The position numbers and the translations under genes were made by a program. From the NCBI RefSeq assembly GCF_963921235.1, contig NC_086109.1, forward strand, positions 23,500,001 to 23,564,000: 64,000 nt of DNA, given 5' to 3'. The notes under the pieces were generated by a model. It had not been told where the DNA came from. It saw nothing but the letters and a program-made list of their open reading frames with translations, and searched no databases. The stretch comes from Mobula hypostoma. Its lineage: Eukaryota. Positions 1-11,509 of the stretch are shown here, piece after piece. Each line of letters begins with the position of its first letter. The first letter of the stretch is position 1.

Positions 1-28
1 ACATCCTTTTGGTAGATCAGATTGGAGA

Positions 29-470
29 GCATAGAACAGTACAAGACATGAAAAGGCCATTCAGCCCATGATGTCTATGCTGACCATGATGCCAAACTAA
101 TGAGCCAAACTAATGACATCTGCATACACATGATCCATATTCTACCTTTCCTTGTATATTCTTCTACCTGTTCAACTGCTTCTTAAGGTCCACTATGATG
201 TCTGCTTCTACCATTACTCCTGGTAGTGTGTTCCAGATACTTGCACTCTCTGTCAAAGAAACTTGTTCTGTACATCTCTTTTAAACTTTCTTTCTCCTGC
301 CTTAAAGCAGTGCCCTTTAGTATGTCCTGATGAAGGGTTTCAGCCCGAAACGCCGACTCTTTAATCTTTTCGATAGATGCTGCCTGGCCTGCTGAGTTCC
401 TCCAGCGTTTTGTCTGTGTTGTCCTTTAGTATGTGATATTTCTACCCTGGAAAAGGATTTTGACCATCTA
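29..470 (-). mobile_element. Decayed CR1-type LINE 3' fragment, interrupted by a PLE terminus
   Basis: Starts with reverse-complement CR1 tail (catagaacagtaca...ggccattcagccc), seen in many other copies in the window; sequence resumes after 422. Confidence 0.7.
326..422 (+). mobile_element. Penelope-like element terminal (pLTR) fragment with hammerhead motif
   Basis: cctgatgaagggtttcagcccgaaacgccgact...gatgctgcctggcctgctgagttcctccagc; flanked by 12-bp direct repeat cctttagtatgt (314-325, 423-434). Confidence 0.8.
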
Positions 471-1896
471 ACTTGGTCAGACCGATCTTGGCTTAACACT
501 GCATTTTAAATTAGCTCGGTCTCAGTAATGTACGGTCAAAGATCTACATACGAAATCTTGGCAATTCAATTTCTTGAGAATCTTGTCAAAAGTTACAAAA
601 TGTGAGCTGAAATCTGCACAGGCAATTGAGCCCAAGGGAAGCATGGCTTACTCACCATCTCCTGCCGAGCCTCCCATTACTTCCTGAATGTACGTTTTAT
701 TGTTGAAAACTGTTCTTTTTAATACGGATGCCTTCCTGTCTTGATGTCTGCAGAAAAGCTTAACAAAAATTATTAGGAATGTTTATTTTAGGTTTGGATG
801 GACCTAACATTTTGGGAGTAAGCTCACATCCATTCAGAATGAGAATAAATGCAGGAACTACCTGAACATCCAACTACAGTTTGTGCACGGGGCTCTATAC
901 AGCCTCTGTTAAAAAGTGTGGGGTTTAACAAGTTCCGCATGGGAGATCATTAATTGATGGCAGTATTTGCACATTGCATCTGTCTTATATACATACCAGC
1001 ATCTTCTCCATGAAACTCGCTTCTGTGACTTTCCTTGGGGTGGAGGGGGATTAACCAGGTCAACTGCATTCTTGCACCATAGTGAGATTAACACTTCCTA
1101 GGAAAAATTGGGCCCATTAACTGCATTTATAAAAAGACCTATCGTACTTGTGAAAGTCTTAGGGACATACTTATAGTATAGCTAGGGTGCCTAAGACTTT
1201 TGCACAGAGCTGTATTTGTCAACGTGGAGCAGAGAGTGAGTTTTTAAATCTGGCGGGAGCAAAGGATGTTGGGAATGGCGAGGGTGGAGCACTGTGGGAG
1301 GAGTGTGGACAGGTGGCACTGAAGGAATGCCAGGGGTGGGGGTCGGCTGTGGGTACAGACACACCCAACCCTGAGTCACCAGGCAAGGTCACCTGATTCC
1401 AAGTAATTGGTTTATTGATCATTACAGAATGTCCCTCTGGTGCTTCCTACTCCCTCCCCTCTCCCTTCCCCTTTAAATCATGATTTCCCTCTTCCTGCCC
1501 TTTTCCACTTTCAGTCCACAATAGAGACCCATAACAGAATCTGATTTATCATTGCTCACATATGTCAAGATTTTTTTTTGTGGCAGCAATACAGTGCAAT
1601 ACATAAAGTTAGCACAGTGCTGTGCAGAAGTCTGAAGCTTCTTAGCTATATATATGTGGGCGAGACTTTTGCACAGTACTGTAGATTTCCAAAGATGCTT
1701 CACCTGAGCATAAAGCAGGTAAAATTAGGCATTATGCTGTGTAGGGAGATATTTGGGTACGTGACCAAAAGCTTGGAAAAAGGATTAGATTGTCAAGAAA
1801 CTGTAATGGTATTGTGCTGTAGCTGTGGCATAACCTATCGAAATCAAGCAAATGTTGATACAGTATCCTATATTAATTGTATTTCTCCTCCTCTAG

Positions 1897-2002
1897 TTAC
1901 CACTTTCCAGCAGCCACATGGATGTCTACACAAGCCATGCAATTGCATCAACTACAAGCGCTTCATGTCCTGCCAATATTGCCATTAAAAGGGAAATGTC
2001 AG
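1897..2002 (+). CDS. TFEB: TFEB internal coding exon: LPLSSSHMDVYTSHAIASTTSASCPANIAIKREMS(E); contains the S211/C212-equivalent SCP motif
   Basis: Polypyrimidine tract + ctctag acceptor ending 1896; donor g|gtaaca at 2003; 106 nt (phase 0 to 1). Translation resembles human TFEB LPLSSSHLNVY...SSSCPADLTQKRELT. Upstream coding exons lie outside the window. Confidence 0.9.
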
Positions 2003-3699
2003 GTAACATGTCCTTTCACAAGATAATGTTGATGGAGTTTATTGAACTTGTACTCAATGTGTTTGATACATTAATCCATGCACCTTATGCTTTCCTACTC
2101 ATTCTCAAATCTTACTCCTCTGTGTATTCATCAACCATTTTCTCTTCCAAAGCCCCAAGTCCGCTTTCTACCTTCTTGTGTCTCTCAATGTGACCTCTCC
2201 CATATCTGAGAACCCCAACTTATTTTCCTCATTTTGCCCTTAGCCCCATATCCCTCAGTTATTTCTCTTAGTAGATAGGTCTCTGTTGCTCCCTGAGCCT
2301 ATTTCTTGGATCAATGTCCTTTGCTAACTCGCCTACATTAATAATCCTCCCCCAACTTCTCTTTTCATTCCTCATTTCCTCATTTTTTGTTTGTGCTTAA
2401 TAGCCCCAGAAACTCAATGGAATAGTTCAAATGCTAATCTTTTCAATAAAGAAAGTCTCATTTTTGTAACATTTGCTAACAATGTAAATTTCTGATATAA
2501 TCTGTGAGCGTTGAGCAAGTTGTATTATAAATTAAATGATCAGAATTTACCAAATCACTGGAATTTCCATAACATAGATCACCACATTCATATAATGCAG
2601 AAGGAGGTAGTTCGTCCATTCTTTCAATGCTGCCTCTTTTAAAGAACAATTCAATTACTATGCTCTTGTGTTTCCCAATTACTCTGCAATTTTTCTCATT
2701 TAGCTATGTTACAGTTCCCTTTCGAATATAAAAATAACATTTTCTCTGCCATGATTCTCACAGCTGTGAATTTTGGACCACGTCAACTACGACTGATAAA
2801 CACAAAGTCTCCTTAACTTCCAGGTGAAGGGTCTTGATCCGAAACATTCACTGTTCATTTTCTTCCACTGACGCTGCCTGACGCGATGGAGTTCCTCCCG
2901 CAGTTTGTTTTGTTTTGTTCCAGATTCCAGTATTTGGAGTCTCTTGTGTCTCTCTTTAACTCCCCTTTTACTCTTTTTGTCAATTGCCTGGCTTTACTGC
3001 AGGTAGCTGTATTTATTCTGTCAAAACCCTTCATGCTTTTAAACACCTCTGCTACATCCCCTTCATTCTTCCAAGTTATCCAGTGTCCTTTCAATCACTC
3101 TCACTGTGTGCACATCATATAATAATGCCGAGAATGCCTTCTGATGGGAATGCATGTGTATTTTTTTGTTCAGAGGTGAGTCAAATCATCTTCCTCTGCT
3201 GCCAATGACCCTTCCACCCCAGTGCAAGACCTTATTTCTCCGACCTGCTCCCCTGAATTGATGATCAAGGCTTTGGAGCCTCCAAAATTTTGGGTAAAAT
3301 TAAGCAGCAGCACCACCCTGTGGACTGAGTGCCTTTCTTGCAGCACTTGGAATGGCTGCTTTTCCAGAAACAGGCTGTGAAGGATTGATTTCTCTTCAAA
3401 ACTTATTGATCCTCAGTCCCAACATTCTGAACACACAGTGGTTGCTATAGTAAAGCATTGAATGTAGGCTGGTCTGGGCCTTTCCCCAGAGGGACAGCAC
3501 TCCAACTAACACTAGGCCTCAGTAGCTGAAGCAACAAAATGCCCAGTCACTAAATATGCACCCTCTGCTGACTTTGCAGTAATATTGCCGTGATTTTCCC
3601 TAATGTTGGGCTTGGGTTACTACTGATCTGGTTTGGAAAGAGCTTTTGCAAATTCTAAATTATTGATCAAACACTAAATGAGCCTCAGTTTACCGTAAC

Positions 3700-4590
3700 G
3701 TTCACCTCCGCCCTCTCTTCTCTCAGCTCACAGATGTTTCCTGCTTTTACCACACAACACGCACAGCTTCTCTCATTGTTTGCACTCCTCACTGCACTCT
3801 TTCACTGCTCGCACAGCCCTTAAGATTTGTGCCCTTTCCCAAGTCCTGCCTCTCTGCAGGTGCATTTACCCACACTGTTCATTGTTTCTACTCTCTCTAC
3901 TCTAACTCCTCTTCCTCACTGTTTCCTCACCCCTCACTTCTCCCGTGTACCCTCACTTTGCTCTTGTCCTTCACTGTTCCCTCGACCTTACCAGCCCCCA
4001 CCCCTCACTGCTTCCTCTCTCCTTCACTCCACACTTCTCCTTAACTCTATCGTCCCTCACTATTCCCTCTGCTCCCCTGTTCCTCACTGCCCACTCAGTT
4101 CTCCCTTGCACCCTCGCCTGAGTCTCATCTCTCACTGCTCTCTTGACCTCCTCATCCCTCAGGGCCCTCTTCCCCTTCAACCCTCACTTCTTCCCAACCC
4201 CGTCATTCCTCACTGCTCCCTCACCCTTCCTCATCCCTCACTCCTCTCTTGCACCCCTTGTGCCTCACTGCTCCCTCTCCTATTGCCCCTCACAGCTCCC
4301 TCTCCACTTCAACCTTCATTTATCCCTAACCCCTTTTCACCCACTGCTCCCTCACCTCCCTCATCCTTCACTCCCTTGTCCTTTACTGCACCCTTAGCTC
4401 CCCTGCCCCTCACAGCTCCCTCTTCCTCTTCAACCCTCACCTATCCGTAACCCCGTTGACCCTCACTGTTCCCTTGTCCTTTACTGCACCCTCTGCTCCC
4501 TTACCCCTCGCACCCCTCTGCTCCCCTTGCTCCTCACTATACACTCGCCTCACTCATTCCCCTTGCACTGCTAACCTGGCTTCCCTACCC
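3700..4590. repeat. Degenerate C/T-rich minisatellite (recurring cctcactgctccc / cacccct units)
   Basis: Strong pyrimidine bias on + strand with many imperfect cctcactg repeats; explains the Pro/Leu/Ser-rich ORF 3827-4450. Confidence 0.85.
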
Positions 4591-4959
4591 ATAGATGCTG
4601 ACTTACCTGCTGGGTGGTTTCCAGTTACTTTCTAAGTCCCCCAGCTTTCCCATGGTTTACCCATGCGGTTTTCTGCCTGTGTGTCCAGTGGGTCTCCTGT
4701 CTGGTAAACCTCAGACTTTAGCCAGTGTGTCTAACAACCTTTTACCCTAATCAGCCTTTTGCTCCCTCTTTGATGCACCTCATTCCTATTTTCTTGACAC
4801 CTTTTCTCCACCACAGTAAGTTCATTATCAGAATATATGTACGTGACTATCTACTACCTTGAGATTCATTTTCCAATATGCAATATATAATAATGTTCTT
4901 CCAGGCTTGAGGCCTGGTGCCAGGCAAATAACCTCTTCCTCAATGTCAGCAAGACAAAG

Positions 4960-5725
4960 GAGATGGTTATCAGCCCAGGGTAACCCACACACTCGCACCC
5001 CTCTTCACATCAGCGGCGCAGCAGTGGAAACTGCGAGCAGCTTCAAAGTCCTGGGAGTTGCTCGTCTTGCACAATCTCTCATGGTCCCAGAACACATTCT
5101 GCACAATCAGGACACCTCTACTTTGTGAGGAGGCTGACGAGAGCTGGGCTATGCACATCAGTGCTCACATCCTTCTATAGATGTGCAGTGCAGAGCATCC
5201 GAACATGGTACAGGAACTGCACTGCAGCGGACAGGAAGACTCTACACCGGGTAGTCAAGCTGCCTGATGAACCACTGCACCAGCCTACCTCACGAAGGAC
5301 ATTTATACTGAAAGGTGCCGGAAAAAAGGCTGGCAGTATCATGAATGATTCCGCCCGCCCTGTTCATGGACTGTTTGTCTCGCTCCCTTCCGGGTGGAGG
5401 CTGTGTAGCATTCACACCAGGACCACCAAACTCATAAACAGTTTCTCTCCCCAAGCGGTAAGGCTAATCAACACTTGCATCTACTAACCCACCCCTCCAC
5501 ACCCCCAACCACCACTACTTTGTCATTTCCTGTAAGAGTCACTTCATATACAGGTGCTCCTGTGCCTAGTGTCACATTATGGACATATAATCAATTTATG
5601 TATTTAAGCTATCTGATGTATTTATAGATTTTTTTTATGATTGTGTTCTTTATCTTACTGTGTTTTTTATGCTGCACCTTTTTATTATTTTGTTCTCCTT
5701 CACATTTGTGTCCTGGAAATGACAT
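4960..5725 (+). mobile_element. Rex1/Babar LINE 3' fragment (RT C-terminus + 3' UTR)
   Basis: Frameshifted peptides HTRTPLHISGAAVETASSFKVLGV / LTSFYRCAVQSI..WYRNCTAADRKTLHRVVK / LPSGWRLCSIHTRTTKLINSF are typical of Rex1; tail gacattaaaacaatcttgaa. Confidence 0.85.
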
Positions 5726-6207
5726 TAAAACAATCTTGAAACTCCAATGTATCATTTGAAATGATAAGCTGCATTGTGCTTGACTTCTATCATTTTTTAA
5801 AAAAATAATCTGTTTTTATCATTCCTTCTCTGACTGAGTCTCGCTGGCATTCCGATTCTGGAATCTTTTCTTTCCCACATGCTTTTTCAAGGCATATATA
5901 TGTATTCTGTAACAATTAATCGGCAGTCATTAGAAGAGATGATTAAAAGCAAACTCTTTATAATTTTGCACAAAGTGTGGCTGAACTCTGAAGCTGAGTT
6001 AATATTCTAGATCAAAAATCTTTTTCACATAATTAGACTTCATAGAATCAGACCAACGTCTATGCATACTGACATCATTAATGCCATTTGCCAGACTTGG
6101 TTCATAGCTTTCAATACCTTGGAGCTTTAAGTGCTCATTCAGATGCATTATATTGTGTGAGAGTGGCTACCTCCACCACCTTTTCAGATAGCGTGTTCCA
6201 TATTTCA

Positions 6208-6795
6208 ACCACAAAGCCAACAGCATTATGAAGGACCCCATGCACCCCTCATACAAACTCTTTTCCCTCCTGACATCTGGCAAAAGGTACCGAAGCATTC
6301 GGGCTCTCACGACCAGACTGTGCAACAGTTTCTTCCCCCAAGCTATTAGACCACTCAATTCCCAGAGTCTAGTCTGACACCAACCTACACAGACACAGAC
6401 ACAGACACAGACACGTACACACACAGACACAGACACACACACACACACACACACACACACTCAAGTGAACACCACTCCACCCTCTTTGCAATTTTTGCTC
6501 ATTTCTTTCTCAATTCCTGTTAAAACATTGTTTACGTTTACATTTACATAATTTATTATTATATTGTAAGTTGTCCTTTACTGTGTCTTGCACTGTTTTG
6601 TGCACTTTATGTAGTCCCGTGTAGGCCTGAAATCTAATGTAGTTTTGTGTTGTTTCATGTAGTCTGTTGTAGTTTTGTGTTGTTTCATGTAGCACCATGG
6701 TCCTGGAGGATTGTTGTTTCGTTTTTACTGTGTACTGTACCAGCAGTTATGGTTGAAATGACAATAAAAGTGACTTGACTTTGACTTGACTTGAA
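6208..6795 (+). mobile_element. Rex1/Babar 3' end with (CA)n microsatellite and (gactt)n tail
   Basis: Encodes ANSIMKDPMHPSYKLFSLLTSGKRYRSIRALTTRLCNSFFPQAIR; AATAAA followed by gacttgactttgacttgacttg tail. Confidence 0.85.
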
Positions 6796-7214
6796 ATCCA
6801 CCTGCTAAGTTGTGTCTCTTCTTGCTTCCTAATCTTCCTCTGCAATTCGGAACTCCTAATGTAAGATTTCCTTTCTGCAGCTACTCCCATCTTCCAAAAC
6901 TTTAATATCGACCCGGCCATGATTAAAGCACCATTTCACCCATTTCTTGCTCATTGGGAAGTTTTTCTTGAGGTTTTTATTTGCCCGACAGCCTTTTTTC
7001 TAACACCAAATTCCCTCAGATGACATCAGCAACATGACGCTACCCAGAATTTGTTTCCACAGTGATTCTCATCCTCACTGTTGTTTGTATTTGATGAGGT
7101 TTAGCTGGATCTGTTTCCCCTGAAACGTTGCCAAAGGAGGGGCCAAAACTCAAGTTACATTCGTGCTCTCTGTGAGCATAGGCACTGTCTCACATTATGG
7201 TTGGCAGGGACGGT

Positions 7215-7461
7215 TTTTTTTTTACGCGCGTCATACCAGACATTCAGCCATTCTTGTCTGGCACGTGGTGTCAGGGTTAACCGGGTCACGTTATGAACGT
7301 TCCTGACTCGACCCTTGTATTTTTTACGAGGCCGAGTGGCTAGCTTGACGCTCAACCCGGCACGGATGGAAAGCGTGCTCGGGGGTGGCCTGACCTGGGT
7401 TCGAACTCAGGAACCTTCGCTCCGGAGTCCAGCACTGATCTCACTGCGCCACCAGCCGGCC
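7215..7461 (-). mobile_element. tRNA-derived SINE (copy 1) with RTE-5'UTR-like stem-loop body and poly(A) end
   Basis: Minus strand: A-box TGGCGCAGTGAG, B-box GTTCGAACCC, body GGGTTGAGCGTCAAGCTAGCCACTCGG, ends in an A-run; TSD ggcaggga(c/t)ggt at 7203-7214 and 7462-7473. Confidence 0.85.
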
Positions 7462-7847
7462 GGCAGGGATGGTGGGGAAAAGAGACTATTTCTCTGTTAC
7501 AGGACTCCATATATGTACCTTCCCCAAATACATGCCTGGTCTGCATTACCCATGATGGTCATTATTATAGTCATTCTCAGCTTCGGATCATTCCAGGTTA
7601 TTCCTGTTGAGTTTGACCACATGACTCTCACTCACCCACACCACAGAAAATTAGATATAGGAGCAGAATTAGGCCATTCAGCCCATTGAGCCTGCTCCAT
7701 CATCCAATCATGGATTATTTTTATTCTTCTGACCCCATTCTTTTGCCTTCTTCCCATAACCCTTAACCCCCCTTGCAAGTCAAGAATCTGTCAATTTCTG
7801 CTATATATATATTCTTAGGCAAATGGCCTAATTCTTCTCTTATATCT

Positions 7848-7850
7848 TGT

Positions 7851-7926
<76 letters not shown>
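7848..7926. repeat. Compound (GT)n(TA)n microsatellite
   Basis: Directly visible. Confidence 0.95.
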
Positions 7927-7930
<4 letters not shown>

Positions 7931-8500
7931 TATCTTCAAACTTCATATTTGAGGAGAGACTTCATCAAATTTTCCTTCAGCATGTAGGACACGGTAGAAC
8001 AAGCTTAGGGATTTGTCAGCACTGTAGATTTTCCCAGACTGCAGGTGTTCAGAGGCTGCAGTCTTCTACCTGGAATACTAACCTATGGCCCTGAAGGACT
8101 TGTATGGAACATATCCTGGATAAAATATCTCATATTCCTCACTAGACTGCCCCTCTCCCCTCTTCCCCAAGAAAATTCTCACACTCCTGTCTCAACAATG
8201 CACCTTCAAGTCATCAAGTGGCAACTCTCCTTGTTAACTGGAAGAGTGTGTCTGTTTTGAGATTCATCCCTTCCTACGATTGGAGATGAAACTGCCAAAC
8301 TCTTTTGTTCGTTGTTTGTTTGTCAGCCTTTGTTACGTATAGCTTTTCATAAACTATTCGTTTATTTTCCTGTAAATGCCTGCAGAAATTGACTCAAGGT
8401 AGCATATGATGACATGTATGTACTTTAATAATAAACTTACTTTGAACTTTGAACCAGTAGCCTGCAACTAGGTCTCAGTGAAAACTTGTAATAACAATTT

Positions 8501-9126
8501 CAGACATCCTACCTCTCCCAGAAGTTCCGGGAGTCTCCCACATATGAATAGTGGCTCCCTGATGCCCGCAAATTATATACAATATCACGGAAATCAAATT
8601 TTTTGAGAGCGAGCGAGCGAGAGAAAGCAAGAGAGAGCGCGAGAGCGACCATGAGAGAGCGCACGTGCGAGAGAGAAAGCAAGTGAGAGCGCGCGAGTGA
8701 GAGAGAGAGCGCGAGAGAGGTAGCAAGTGAGAGCGTGAGAAAGAAAGCAAGCGAGAGATAGCGCGAGAGAGAGAGCGACAGCGCGGCATGGCAGAGTGTT
8801 CCAAAAAAATATAAAACGTACGTCACCCCAGACTACACTAAAGTGTACCCCTGTCTAATAGGGGTCAAAAATAATGACAGTGTTGCTCGCTGCACTGTTT
8901 GCAACAGTGACTTTTCTATTGCCCATGGTGGGTTAAGACTGTAAAAGACATGTTGAGGTGAGTTTAACAGGTGTCATTCGTTCATTAGCATAGCTACCAT
9001 TATTTAAACTAGCTGACTAGCTGCTCAGGAGCTACTCTATTGCAGACATTCCACCTCTCCCTGAAGTCTCCCGCAAATTGATGGTGCTACCTCCCTGAAA
9101 TGAGTTTTTGCAGGATGGGATGTCTG
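8501..9126. mobile_element. Non-autonomous DNA transposon (MITE, probably hAT superfamily) with internal (GA/GC)n microsatellite
   Basis: Terminal inverted repeats cagacatcctacc / gatgggatgtctg; flanks caattt / taattt; internal second copy of the left end at about 9043-9080. Confidence 0.7.
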
Positions 9127-10243
9127 TAATTTGCAAAAACGGACTTCGTTTGGTGTTAACAAAGGAAGCTCAATAGTGAAGTTCTGAGTACATACAGTGA
9201 CGATCTAGATTTTTATGGAACTTTCCTAAATGGTTTTAAGGGTGATCTTTAATGCATTCTTAACACAATTTAAAAGCAGCAGTTTCTAGATTCTGGGCTC
9301 TCTCTCCTCCCTATTTTTCTCCAAAATAAGCTTTGTTTCCTCCTCATATCTGCCCTTGTATGAATAGAATGTTCATTGTTTGTGTGTTAGGCCTCTTTGG
9401 GGTTGTTACTGAGAGAGAGGCTTTGTGTCCCAGAGTACTTGCATATATTGCAGTGGGAGACATGAGCGCATTCAGGCCTTGGAGTGGGTTGGAAATCAGC
9501 TGACCTTGACCTAAGTATGTAGCATATCTAGGGATACTGGAACAGAAAGTAGTCTTGCAAGAGGCTTTCCTTCCTCCTTTCAATGAATCATATGGCTTAG
9601 GAGGAGACCATTTGTCTGTGTCAGACATTTGAAATTGTTCGAATCAGTTTCATTTGTCTCATCTTTCTGCCCATATCCTTGTTGATATTTTGCATTAGAA
9701 AGCCAAATATTCAGTTAACTGTAGATATCCGTGAGACCTTGTAACAGAATATTTTAAAACTCACTAAGTGCGGAGTTAAACACATGAAGAGTGCAATTGA
9801 TGACATCAATTTTTATGGGACTGTATAAAAAGCATAGGGTGGCCAACAATGGTTTTAGAGTACAATCAAAAAGTGATAAAGCAAATTCATCATGTGCAGC
9901 ATTATTTAGCCAACTGCCTTTCGAAAGTTGCCGTTGAATCTTCTTCTACCATGCTTTCAGGCAGATTAGAACTTGCCTTGCAAAAAATCTGGTTCTCATC
10001 CTCCCTTCTGATATTTTATAATCTTTTTGTATTTGCAAACTTTGATTGTTCATCCAGTTGCCACTGGCTACTGTTTTTCCTCATTTATTCTAACTCAGCA
10101 TGCCCTGATTTTGAGCACCTTTCCTGAACAAAGAAGAGTTGTCCCTGAAAGCGTGGCTTTGAACTAATTCTGAGTTACCCGATGCCACTGCCTGGCAGCA
10201 TTTTCTCTAACTGTTCTGATCGGTCGACTTTGTTTTTGGCTAG

Positions 10244-10300
10244 AATCAGAAGTGCGAGCATTGGCTAAAGAGCGACAGAAGAAAGACAATCACAACCTCA
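10244..10300 (+). CDS. TFEB: TFEB basic-region exon: (E)SEVRALAKERQKKDNHNL(I)
   Basis: tttttggctag acceptor, gtgagt donor at 10301; 57 nt, phase 1 to 1; canonical MiT basic region ERQKKDNHNL. Confidence 0.97.
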
Positions 10301-11392
10301 GTGAGTAACCATTCCTTCAAATCGTGCCTTGCGCTCCTGCAGCCTGTCTCTCCTCGTAATTTGATTGACTTTAGCTCTGTCTTTCATTGCCCCTCTGCTC
10401 AGCGCACAAGGTGGGGATGCAGATTGGGTGAGTTCAGTCATGAATTTGAGGCTATGCTGTATTGGTGCTTCTCCTTGGCTAGTCTCGAAGACACTCAGAT
10501 TCTTACAGAAAGTAGCTGGTTCTTAACTTAAACAAGGCTATGGCTTTTGGCTTGATTTCAGCTGATGAAATTTTGAGTGGGATGATTCAGGCAGCCCAGC
10601 ATGTAATGGTTTAGGGGTTAAAACTGAAACCCACACCTGCGGGCTGAATAAACAGTGACTTGAAGGGAGTGAGGTGAATAAGGTTTTGTTTTTGGGATTC
10701 CTTAAGAGATAGGACAAGCAGAAGATGATGCCTTGAACTTCAGGTGGAATCCTGGAGCCTATCCCTGCCCCAAAGCCCAAAGTATCAGTATTTTATGGAA
10801 ACCTACTCTCCTTCTATTGCCTTATGGTAGGAGGTATTACTCTGTATCTTCAGTCTCAGTTGCTTTGATACCTTTCCTACTGGCTCTGAGCATGAGGCAG
10901 ATGGCTGATATTGAAAACCACCTGGGGCTAGAGAGCTCTGAGATTTCTAGGTGTGTTTGCAGCTTGCAATGCTGTTCTATTACTATCAGGCTTGTTTGAT
11001 TGTTTTACTATACTTTTTTTTAGTCCTGTTCTGAAGCTCATTGTCAGGTGGGAGTTTTGCTTGGGGATGGGTGTGACTCTGAGAATAGTTGAAGACGGGA
11101 GAGAATGAGACAAAATTTGGAGGGGTGTGGCGAGAGCTGAACATTTTGAATTGATATTCTGGTGGGTACTGTCACTTCCCATTGGACTTGTGCACTGGAG
11201 AGTGGTATGCTTCCCTGCAGAAGGAGGAAGGTTTGACTTCCTATTTTCTGCTGTGTGGACCGTGATAGCGGTGAGCATGTGTGATCTGGTTTTCTGTTTC
11301 TTCAATCTCCCAGGCTTAGTGCATGACCCTTTGCGAAGGAACTGGAAAATATTTTTCAGAAATAGCAACATTATTACAAAAATTTGTTGTAA

Positions 11393-11509
<117 letters not shown>

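Noticed and set aside
780..830. Possible upstream TFEB exon (ttttag..gag|taag)
   Set aside because: Translation does not resemble the expected DDVIDxIxxL..QMPNT exon in any frame I checked.
3827..4450. 207-aa Pro/Leu/Ser-rich ORF
   Set aside because: By-product of a C/T-rich minisatellite that cannot easily form stop codons; TTG start; intronic.
7390..7461. tRNA gene (A and B boxes)
   Set aside because: No complete cloverleaf; embedded in a TSD-flanked SINE with a second copy at 48622-48812.
8475..8826. Ser/Arg/Leu-rich ORFs
   Set aside because: Translations of a (GA/GC)n microsatellite inside a MITE.
10226..10243. MITF-type alternative 18-nt acceptor (exon 6a)
   Set aside because: No AG 18 nt upstream of the 10244 acceptor; consistent with TFEB rather than MITF.
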